Below are positions 8,532 through 16,130 of a stretch of 32,000 nucleotides of DNA, piece after piece; position 1 is the stretch's first letter; each line of letters starts with the position of its first letter. Both the position numbers and the translations under genes were made by a program. The notes under the pieces are model-generated. The model saw only the letters and a list, made by a program, of their open reading frames with translations, made no database searches and had not been told where the DNA came from. Origin of the DNA: Bacillus subtilis subsp. subtilis str. 168 (GTDB lineage Bacteria > Bacillota > Bacilli > Bacillales > Bacillaceae); NCBI RefSeq assembly GCF_000009045.1, contig NC_000964.3, positions 390,001 through 422,000 on the forward strand. Direction: 5' to 3'.

Positions 8532-11500
8532 ATGAGTCAATTTAGCAAGGATCAGGTTCAAGATATGTATTACCTATCGCCGATGCAGGAAGGGATGCTT
8601 TTTCATGCCATCCTGAATCCCGGCCAAAGCTTTTACCTTGAACAAATCACGATGAAAGTAAAAGGCAGCTTGAATATCAAATGTCTTGAAGAAAGCATGA
8701 ATGTGATCATGGACCGGTACGATGTATTTCGTACCGTGTTCATTCACGAAAAAGTAAAAAGGCCTGTCCAAGTCGTATTGAAAAAACGGCAGTTCCATAT
8801 AGAAGAAATCGATCTGACACACTTAACGGGCAGCGAGCAAACAGCCAAAATCAATGAGTACAAAGAACAGGATAAGATCAGGGGTTTTGATTTGACGCGG
8901 GATATTCCGATGCGGGCAGCCATTTTCAAGAAAGCTGAAGAAAGCTTTGAATGGGTGTGGAGCTACCACCACATTATTTTGGACGGATGGTGCTTCGGCA
9001 TCGTCGTACAGGATCTATTTAAGGTATACAATGCTCTGCGCGAACAAAAGCCGTACAGCCTGCCGCCCGTCAAACCGTATAAAGACTACATCAAGTGGCT
9101 TGAAAAGCAGGATAAACAAGCATCACTGCGTTACTGGCGCGAATATTTAGAGGGCTTTGAAGGACAAACGACGTTTGCGGAGCAAAGAAAGAAACAAAAG
9201 GACGGCTATGAGCCGAAAGAGCTGCTCTTTTCACTGTCGGAGGCGGAAACAAAGGCCTTTACCGAGCTTGCAAAATCGCAGCATACCACTTTGAGTACGG
9301 CGCTGCAGGCAGTCTGGAGCGTATTGATCAGCCGCTATCAGCAGTCTGGCGATTTGGCCTTCGGTACAGTTGTTTCAGGGCGTCCCGCGGAAATCAAAGG
9401 CGTTGAACATATGGTCGGGCTGTTTATCAACGTTGTCCCGAGACGTGTGAAGCTGTCTGAGGGTATCACATTTAACGGCTTGCTCAAGCGGCTGCAGGAG
9501 CAATCGCTGCAGTCCGAGCCGCATCAATATGTGCCGCTTTATGACATCCAAAGCCAGGCCGATCAGCCGAAACTGATTGACCACATCATTGTTTTTGAGA
9601 ACTATCCGCTTCAGGATGCGAAAAATGAAGAAAGCAGTGAAAACGGCTTTGATATGGTGGATGTTCATGTTTTTGAGAAGTCGAATTATGATCTCAACCT
9701 GATGGCTTCCCCGGGAGATGAGATGCTGATTAAGCTTGCCTATAATGAGAATGTGTTTGATGAGGCGTTTATCCTGCGCTTGAAATCTCAGCTTCTTACA
9801 GCAATTCAGCAGCTCATCCAGAATCCTGATCAGCCTGTCAGCACGATCAACCTCGTTGACGACAGGGAGAGAGAATTTTTGCTAACCGGCTTAAACCCGC
9901 CGGCTCAAGCTCATGAAACAAAGCCTCTGACGTATTGGTTCAAGGAAGCAGTGAACGCCAATCCGGATGCACCGGCGCTTACGTATTCCGGCCAGACCCT
10001 GTCTTATCGCGAATTAGATGAGGAAGCGAACCGCATTGCACGCCGGCTGCAAAAACACGGTGCGGGCAAAGGCTCTGTTGTAGCGCTGTACACGAAGCGC
10101 TCACTTGAACTGGTGATCGGCATTCTCGGTGTATTAAAGGCGGGAGCAGCCTATCTGCCGGTTGATCCGAAGCTGCCAGAGGACCGAATCTCGTATATGC
10201 TGGCTGACAGTGCGGCAGCCTGTCTTCTGACGCATCAGGAGATGAAAGAACAAGCGGCTGAGCTGCCGTATACAGGCACAACGCTCTTCATTGATGATCA
10301 AACACGGTTTGAAGAACAGGCAAGCGATCCTGCAACCGCGATTGATCCTAATGATCCGGCATATATCATGTACACGTCCGGCACAACCGGAAAGCCAAAG
10401 GGCAATATCACCACTCATGCCAATATTCAAGGATTGGTCAAGCATGTAGACTACATGGCATTTTCTGATCAGGATACGTTCTTGTCTGTTTCGAATTACG
10501 CCTTTGATGCATTTACCTTTGATTTCTATGCTTCTATGCTGAATGCGGCACGGCTCATTATCGCAGATGAACATACGCTGCTTGATACAGAACGGCTCAC
10601 AGATCTGATCCTGCAAGAGAATGTCAATGTCATGTTTGCGACAACCGCACTATTTAATCTTCTCACAGATGCGGGAGAGGATTGGATGAAGGGGCTTCGC
10701 TGTATATTATTCGGCGGAGAGCGCGCGTCAGTGCCTCATGTCAGAAAAGCGCTGCGGATCATGGGGCCGGGCAAGCTGATTAACTGCTACGGGCCGACTG
10801 AGGGAACAGTGTTTGCGACAGCTCACGTCGTGCATGATCTGCCGGATTCCATCTCCTCATTGCCGATCGGAAAGCCGATCAGCAATGCCAGTGTTTATAT
10901 TCTGAATGAGCAAAGCCAGCTCCAGCCATTCGGGGCGGTCGGTGAACTGTGCATCAGCGGAATGGGCGTGTCAAAAGGGTATGTAAATCGTGCTGACCTC
11001 ACGAAGGAAAAGTTTATCGAGAACCCGTTCAAGCCGGGAGAAACGCTTTACCGTACAGGGGATTTAGCGCGCTGGCTGCCGGATGGAACGATTGAATACG
11101 CCGGCCGTATTGACGACCAGGTCAAAATACGCGGACACCGGATTGAGCTTGAAGAAATCGAAAAGCAGCTGCAGGAATACCCAGGTGTGAAAGATGCGGT
11201 CGTTGTGGCGGACCGCCATGAGTCTGGCGATGCATCAATCAATGCCTACCTTGTGAACCGAACGCAGCTTTCAGCTGAAGACGTGAAGGCGCACCTGAAA
11301 AAACAGCTTCCTGCTTACATGGTGCCGCAAACCTTTACCTTCTTGGATGAGCTTCCTTTAACGACGAACGGGAAAGTCAATAAACGGCTGCTCCCAAAAC
11401 CTGATCAGGATCAGCTGGCGGAAGAATGGATTGGACCGCGGAACGAGATGGAAGAAACAATCGCACAAATATGGTCTGAGGTTCTCGGCAGAAAGCAAAT

Positions 11501-12359
11501 TGGCATTCATGACGATTTCTTTGCGCTCGGAGGGCATTCCTTGAAGGCCATGACCGCCGCGTCCCGCATCAAGAAAGAGCTCGGGATTGATCTTCCAGTG
11601 AAGCTTTTGTTTGAAGCGCCGACGATCGCCGGCATTTCAGCGTATTTGAAAAACGGGGGCTCTGATGGCTTGCAGGATGTAACGATAATGAATCAGGATC
11701 AGGAGCAGATCATTTTCGCATTTCCGCCGGTTCTGGGCTATGGCCTTATGTACCAAAATCTGTCCAGCCGCTTGCCGTCATACAAGCTATGCGCCTTTGA
11801 TTTTATTGAGGAGGAAGACCGGCTTGACCGCTATGCGGATTTGATCCAGAAGCTGCAGCCGGAAGGGCCTTTAACATTGTTTGGATATTCAGCGGGATGC
11901 AGCCTGGCGTTTGAAGCTGCGAAAAAGCTTGAGGAACAAGGCCGTATTGTTCAGCGGATCATCATGGTGGATTCCTATAAAAAACAAGGTGTCAGTGATC
12001 TGGACGGACGCACGGTTGAAAGTGATGTCGAAGCGTTGATGAATGTCAATCGGGACAATGAAGCGCTCAACAGCGAAGCCGTCAAACACGGCCTCAAGCA
12101 AAAAACACATGCCTTTTACTCATACTACGTCAACCTGATCAGCACAGGCCAGGTGAAAGCAGATATTGATCTGTTGACTTCCGGCGCTGATTTTGACATG
12201 CCGGAATGGCTTGCATCATGGGAAGAAGCTACAACAGGTGTTTACCGTGTGAAAAGAGGCTTCGGAACACACGCAGAAATGCTGCAGGGCGAAACGCTAG
12301 ATAGGAATGCGGAGATTTTGCTCGAATTTCTTAATACACAAACCGTAACGGTTTCATAA
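8532..12359 (+). CDS. srfAC: Surfactin NRPS subunit 3 (C-A-T-TE termination module)
   Basis: 1275-aa ORF. Motifs are HHIILDG 8967-8987, AYIMYTSGTTGKPKG 10359-10403, GGHSL 11529-11543 and the thioesterase GYSAGC 11883-11900. The ATG lies 36 nt after the srfAB stop, with a purine-rich SD (aggcggga). Confidence 0.97.
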   Translation: MSQFSKDQVQDMYYLSPMQEGMLFHAILNPGQSFYLEQITMKVKGSLNIKCLEESMNVIMDRYDVFRTVFIHEKVKRPVQVVLKKRQFHIEEIDLTHLTGSEQTAKINEYKEQDKIRGFDLTRDIPMRAAIFKKAEESFEWVWSYHHIILDGWCFGIVVQDLFKVYNALREQKPYSLPPVKPYKDYIKWLEKQDKQASLRYWREYLEGFEGQTTFAEQRKKQKDGYEPKELLFSLSEAETKAFTELAKSQHTTLSTALQAVWSVLISRYQQSGDLAFGTVVSGRPAEIKGVEHMVGLFINVVPRRVKLSEGITFNGLLKRLQEQSLQSEPHQYVPLYDIQSQADQPKLIDHIIVFENYPLQDAKNEESSENGFDMVDVHVFEKSNYDLNLMASPGDEMLIKLAYNENVFDEAFILRLKSQLLTAIQQLIQNPDQPVSTINLVDDREREFLLTGLNPPAQAHETKPLTYWFKEAVNANPDAPALTYSGQTLSYRELDEEANRIARRLQKHGAGKGSVVALYTKRSLELVIGILGVLKAGAAYLPVDPKLPEDRISYMLADSAAACLLTHQEMKEQAAELPYTGTTLFIDDQTRFEEQASDPATAIDPNDPAYIMYTSGTTGKPKGNITTHANIQGLVKHVDYMAFSDQDTFLSVSNYAFDAFTFDFYASMLNAARLIIADEHTLLDTERLTDLILQENVNVMFATTALFNLLTDAGEDWMKGLRCILFGGERASVPHVRKALRIMGPGKLINCYGPTEGTVFATAHVVHDLPDSISSLPIGKPISNASVYILNEQSQLQPFGAVGELCISGMGVSKGYVNRADLTKEKFIENPFKPGETLYRTGDLARWLPDGTIEYAGRIDDQVKIRGHRIELEEIEKQLQEYPGVKDAVVVADRHESGDASINAYLVNRTQLSAEDVKAHLKKQLPAYMVPQTFTFLDELPLTTNGKVNKRLLPKPDQDQLAEEWIGPRNEMEETIAQIWSEVLGRKQIGIHDDFFALGGHSLKAMTAASRIKKELGIDLPVKLLFEAPTIAGISAYLKNGGSDGLQDVTIMNQDQEQIIFAFPPVLGYGLMYQNLSSRLPSYKLCAFDFIEEEDRLDRYADLIQKLQPEGPLTLFGYSAGCSLAFEAAKKLEEQGRIVQRIIMVDSYKKQGVSDLDGRTVESDVEALMNVNRDNEALNSEAVKHGLKQKTHAFYSYYVNLISTGQVKADIDLLTSGADFDMPEWLASWEEATTGVYRVKRGFGTHAEMLQGETLDRNAEILLEFLNTQTVTVS
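8967..8987 (+). other. Condensation domain motif HHIILDG
   Basis: cac cac att att ttg gac gga, in the srfAC frame. Confidence 0.9.
10359..10403 (+). other. Adenylation domain core motif A3 (AYIMYTSGTTGKPKG)
   Basis: Translated in the srfAC frame. Confidence 0.9.
11529..11543 (+). other. Carrier domain motif GGHSL (Ser codon 11538-11540)
   Basis: gga ggg cat tcc ttg, within DDFFALGGHSLKA. Confidence 0.9.
11883..11900 (+). other. Type I thioesterase nucleophile elbow GYSAGC (Ser codon 11889-11891)
   Basis: GxSxG motif in the C-terminal ~240 aa of SrfAC. Confidence 0.85.
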
Positions 12360-12387
12360 ATGAAGTGATGAAAGGAGGAGACAGCCA

Positions 12388-13116
12388 ATGAGCCAACTCT
12401 TCAAATCATTTGATGCGTCGGAAAAAACACAGCTCATCTGTTTTCCGTTTGCCGGCGGCTATTCGGCGTCGTTTCGCCCTCTCCATGCTTTTTTGCAGGG
12501 GGAGTGCGAGATGCTCGCTGCCGAGCCGCCGGGACACGGCACGAATCAAACGTCAGCCATTGAGGATCTCGAAGAGCTGACGGATTTGTACAAGCAAGAA
12601 CTGAACCTTCGCCCTGATCGGCCGTTTGTGCTGTTCGGACACAGTATGGGCGGAATGATCACCTTCAGGCTGGCGCAAAAGCTTGAGCGTGAAGGCATCT
12701 TTCCGCAGGCGGTTATCATTTCTGCAATCCAGCCGCCTCATATTCAGCGGAAGAAAGTGTCCCACCTGCCTGATGATCAGTTTCTCGATCATATTATCCA
12801 ATTAGGCGGAATGCCCGCAGAGCTTGTTGAAAATAAGGAGGTCATGTCCTTTTTCCTGCCTTCTTTCCGATCAGATTACCGGGCTCTTGAACAATTTGAG
12901 CTTTACGATCTGGCCCAGATCCAGTCGCCTGTTCATGTCTTTAACGGGCTTGATGATAAAAAATGCATACGAGATGCGGAAGGGTGGAAGAAGTGGGCAA
13001 AAGACATCACATTCCATCAATTTGACGGCGGGCACATGTTCCTGCTGTCACAAACGGAAGAAGTCGCAGAACGGATTTTTGCGATCTTGAATCAGCATCC
13101 GATCATTCAACCGTGA
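12388..13116 (+). CDS. srfAD: Type II (external, editing) thioesterase of the surfactin cluster
   Basis: 242-aa ORF with SD AAAGGAGGA upstream. It has the alpha/beta-hydrolase GHSMGG motif at 12637-12654, the FPFAGG N-terminus typical of type II TEs, and a late GGH motif. Confidence 0.95.
12637..12654 (+). other. SrfAD nucleophile motif GHSMGG (Ser codon 12643-12645)
   Basis: gga cac agt atg ggc gga, in the srfAD frame. Confidence 0.85.
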
Positions 13117-13120
13117 TCAA

Positions 13121-13152
13121 AAGCGGACAGCTTCGGCTGTTCCGCTTTTTTT
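13121..13152 (+). terminator. Intrinsic terminator ending the srfA operon
   Basis: An 11-bp stem (13121-13131 / 13136-13147, one bulged T) capped by a C(UUCG)G tetraloop, followed by a T7 run (13146-13152). It starts 5 nt after the srfAD stop. Confidence 0.85.
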
Positions 13153-13155
13153 GTG

Positions 13156-13183
13156 TTGAATGCCAATTTCTGCATGGTATAAT
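13156..13183 (+). promoter_or_regulatory. Candidate sigma-A promoter of ycxA
   Basis: TTGAAT (13156-13161), 16-bp spacer, TGgTATAAT extended -10 (TATAAT 13178-13183). It lies just after the srf terminator and would start transcription downstream of the track's ATG at 13160. Confidence 0.55.
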
Positions 13184-13216
13184 AGTCGAAATACTCAAAT
13201 AAAGGCAGGTCGAAAC

Positions 13217-14443
13217 ATGCGCACGTCTCCCAGGATGAAATGGTTTGTATTGCTGTTTACGTTTGTTTTCGCCATCGGAATGAACTCATTCAGAAATTCC
13301 TTTCAATTTTTTATGCTGCCAATGGCAGACGCCTTCCATGCCGACAGGTCGCTGATTTCGGTTTCTGTCAGCATTTTTATGATCACAACCGGCATCGTCC
13401 AGTTTTTTGTCGGTTTTTTTATCGACCGTTTCAGTGTCAGAAAAATTATGGCGCTGGGAGCTGTTTGCATCAGCGCAAGCTTTTTGGTGCTTCCTTATTC
13501 ACCGAATGTTCATGTGTTTTCCGCCATTTACGGTGTGCTTGGCGGAATCGGGTATTCCTGCGCGGTCGGCGTGACGACCCAGTATTTCATCAGCTGTTGG
13601 TTTGACACACACAAAGGTCTGGCGCTTGCTATTTTGACCAATGCCAACTCTGCGGGCCTGCTGCTTCTCTCGCCCATTTGGGCTGCGGCTCCGTATCATG
13701 CCGGCTGGCAGAGCACCTATACCATTTTGGGAATCGTCATGGCGGCTGTTCTGCTGCCGCTCCTCGTCTTTGGGATGAAGCACCCGCCACATGCGCAAGC
13801 GGAAACTGTGAAAAAATCTTATGATTGGCGAGGGTTTTGGAACGTGATGAAGCAATCCCGCCTCATTCATATCCTGTACTTCGGCGTGTTTACTTGCGGA
13901 TTTACAATGGGAATTATTGATGCTCACCTCGTCCCGATACTGAAGGATGCGCATGTCTCTCATGTCAACGGAATGATGGCCGCGTTCGGGGCATTTATCA
14001 TCATTGGCGGATTATTGGCGGGCTGGCTGTCAGATCTCCTCGGCAGCAGAAGCGTCATGCTATCCATCTTATTTTTCATTCGGCTGCTCAGCCTCATTTG
14101 CCTGCTCATTCCCATTCTCGGAATTCATCACAGCGACCTTTGGTACTTCGGGTTTATCCTGTTATTCGGGCTCAGTTACACAGGCGTGATCCCGCTGACC
14201 GCGGCGTCAATTTCGGAAAGCTATCAAACAGGATTGATCGGATCGCTGTTAGGCATCAATTTCTTTATCCATCAGGTTGCCGGAGCTCTCAGCGTGTATG
14301 CGGGCGGTTTGTTTTTTGACATGACTCATGGTTATTTACTGATTGTCGCTGTGTGCATCGTGTTTGTGGGTTTATCGGCTGTAATAGAGCTGGTGCCGTT
14401 TTTAGATAAACAGAAGGCAAAAGAAACCCACCATTCAATATAA
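13217..14443 (+). CDS. ycxA: Major facilitator superfamily transporter (12-TM type)
   Basis: Long hydrophobic ORF. I chose ATG 13217 (408 aa) over the track's 13160 because the candidate promoter overlaps 13160. The order srfAD-ycxA matches B. subtilis. Confidence 0.85.
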   Translation: MRTSPRMKWFVLLFTFVFAIGMNSFRNSFQFFMLPMADAFHADRSLISVSVSIFMITTGIVQFFVGFFIDRFSVRKIMALGAVCISASFLVLPYSPNVHVFSAIYGVLGGIGYSCAVGVTTQYFISCWFDTHKGLALAILTNANSAGLLLLSPIWAAAPYHAGWQSTYTILGIVMAAVLLPLLVFGMKHPPHAQAETVKKSYDWRGFWNVMKQSRLIHILYFGVFTCGFTMGIIDAHLVPILKDAHVSHVNGMMAAFGAFIIIGGLLAGWLSDLLGSRSVMLSILFFIRLLSLICLLIPILGIHHSDLWYFGFILLFGLSYTGVIPLTAASISESYQTGLIGSLLGINFFIHQVAGALSVYAGGLFFDMTHGYLLIVAVCIVFVGLSAVIELVPFLDKQKAKETHHSI

Positions 14444-14475
14444 AAGGATCAGCACTGTCAATGCTGATCCTTTTT
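14442..14475. terminator. Shared hairpin between convergent ycxA and ycxB
   Basis: Perfect 13-bp stem (14442-14454 / 14462-14474) with a 7-nt loop. The ycxA stop (14441-14443) is at its foot and the ycxB stop (14458-14460) is inside the loop. The A/T runs are part of the stem on both strands. Confidence 0.6.
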
Positions 14476-15015
14476 AAATTTGAGTTTTTTTGTTTCGGTA
14501 TTTTTAAGGATAATCTCCTTGAATCTGTTCATCTCCTCTTCGGAGTGAAAAAAATGTTTGGGGATCGCAATATATTGGCCACTTGATGTATTGACCCTGA
14601 AGATATTTTTATATTCGAAAACAGCTGTAATTTCATCCCAATTGAAAATGAGGTCATATTTTTTAGAACATATACGAATTCCTTCTTGGTTCAGAGTATA
14701 TGTTCTTTTGGATTTCATCCGTTCGTTCTTCTTGTATGCTCTGGAAAACTTCACATATAGAAGAAGGAGGAGCAGCAGTGTAAACAGAACGGACATCACG
14801 ATAATCAACATACTGTTCATAAACAAGTTAAGCGCGTCACTTCCATAAACGATACGGGGCCATCCGTTAATGAAGTTAACTGCAGCAAATATGGCGCAAA
14901 ACAATAGAAAGTAAAAGCATGATATTTTTGCGATTTGATAAAAAAAGATTTCTCTTACATCCTTAAAAGTGATTTCTCCTGGAAGATTGATACTTTCACT
15001 AGCATATTGAATCAT
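14458..15015 (-). CDS. ycxB: Small membrane-anchored protein of unknown function (two N-terminal TM helices, soluble C-terminal domain)
   Basis: 185-aa ORF. Hydrophobic stretches are FYFLLFCAIFAAVNFI and IIVMSVLFTLLLLLLLYV. Position matches B. subtilis ycxB. The SD is weak (GAGGTG, about 12 nt upstream). Confidence 0.8.
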   Translation of the reverse strand: MIQYASESINLPGEITFKDVREIFFYQIAKISCFYFLLFCAIFAAVNFINGWPRIVYGSDALNLFMNSMLIIVMSVLFTLLLLLLLYVKFSRAYKKNERMKSKRTYTLNQEGIRICSKKYDLIFNWDEITAVFEYKNIFRVNTSSGQYIAIPKHFFHSEEEMNRFKEIILKNTETKKLKFKKDQH

Positions 15016-15068
15016 ACGGTAAACCTACACCTCTAACCATGTTTTTCCTTTTAGTCTAGCATAATTTC

Positions 15069-16007
15069 TCATTTTTTTGCAGGCATACCAGGGCGCTTTG
15101 TTTTTTTCTCCAGATTGATATTGCTCCCCACCACGCCAATCATAATACAAACAGCCCCGGCAAGATGATACCAGGCCAGGCTTTCGTTGAGAATCACAAA
15201 TCCTGCAATCATCGTCACAATGGTAGATACATGATTAAAAGCGCTCATTTTAAACGCCTCAATTCGCGACAGCGTATAGTTAGACAGAAATGAAGTGACA
15301 AGTGAAGACAGCACGCCCAAATACACAATGGCGAGAACGAAGCCGGGCTCCCGGAACGGCAGAAAATAAGTGCCGACTGTTCCCGCCGCTCCGTGACGCA
15401 CAAGGGCGATGGCGTTGAAGACGACAAAGCCGATGGCTGACATGATGTAGGTGAGCTCGGTCAGCTTGAACCGCTGCGTCATTTTTCTGGCAGCAGTATT
15501 GTACATCGCTGAAGACAAAGCGGACAATAGGATCAGCAAAGACCCTTTTAAGCTGGCTGATTCCACGTCAACGCCTTTCATCACAAAAATAAACATGACG
15601 CCGGCAACGGATAAAACCGTGAACCCCTTTTGCGTCCACGTTGGGCGTTCCTTTAAAACATAAGCGGCAAAGACCATCGTGAAAATCGGAATGGCTGCCT
15701 GAATAATTCCCGCTTCAGAGGAGGACGAGTACACAAGGCCGAATGCCTGAAAGCTGAAAAATAACGCGGGATACAGCAGGGCGAGCGGCAAAATGTCAAT
15801 GACGTCCTTTACGCGGATTGATAGCTTTACCCAGCCGAATAAGATCGGTACAGTGGCCGCAGCAAACGCAATGGTGAACCGATGCGCCAAAATATCAAAC
15901 GGCTCTGCTGTTTGCAGTGCGATTTTTACGAATAGAAAGGATAAACCGATAATGAACGAATATAAAATAGCCGCTATATAAGCGGGGGTTTGCTGATGTT
16001 TAACCAT
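15069..16007 (-). CDS. ycxC: EamA/DMT-family permease (10 TM)
   Basis: 312-aa polytopic ORF with a duplicated 5-TM architecture and SD AAAGGAG 10 nt upstream of the ATG. It is divergent from ycxD. Confidence 0.88.
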   Translation of the reverse strand: MVKHQQTPAYIAAILYSFIIGLSFLFVKIALQTAEPFDILAHRFTIAFAAATVPILFGWVKLSIRVKDVIDILPLALLYPALFFSFQAFGLVYSSSSEAGIIQAAIPIFTMVFAAYVLKERPTWTQKGFTVLSVAGVMFIFVMKGVDVESASLKGSLLILLSALSSAMYNTAARKMTQRFKLTELTYIMSAIGFVVFNAIALVRHGAAGTVGTYFLPFREPGFVLAIVYLGVLSSLVTSFLSNYTLSRIEAFKMSAFNHVSTIVTMIAGFVILNESLAWYHLAGAVCIMIGVVGSNINLEKKTKRPGMPAKK

Positions 16008-16056
16008 AATGGGAAGGGCTCCTTTACCTGAATTGCAGCGCCGGTCGCTCCCTTTA

Positions 16057-16085
16057 TTGTATGGCCGCGGTCAGAACGGTACAAT
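16057..16085 (+). promoter_or_regulatory. Candidate sigma-A promoter of ycxD
   Basis: TTGTAT (16057-16062), 17-bp spacer, TACAAT (16080-16085). Confidence 0.5.
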
Positions 16086-16114
16086 GAGAAAAACAATGAA
16101 CTGTACCGGTACAA
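16077..16114. promoter_or_regulatory. Candidate MocR-type operator: direct repeat CGGTACAA x2 plus a 12-bp palindrome
   Basis: CGGTACAA occurs at 16077-16084 and 16107-16114 (30-bp period). The second copy sits inside the perfect palindrome TGTACCGGTACA (16102-16113). The first copy overlaps the candidate -10. Confidence 0.4.
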
Positions 16115-16130
16115 AACAGGGGGAGAAGGC

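Noticed and set aside
13240-13963. Out-of-frame (121 aa, +) and antisense (154 aa, -) ORFs within ycxA.
   Set aside because: They are embedded in a coherent 12-TM MFS reading frame, lack an SD, and give implausible Arg/Cys-rich translations.
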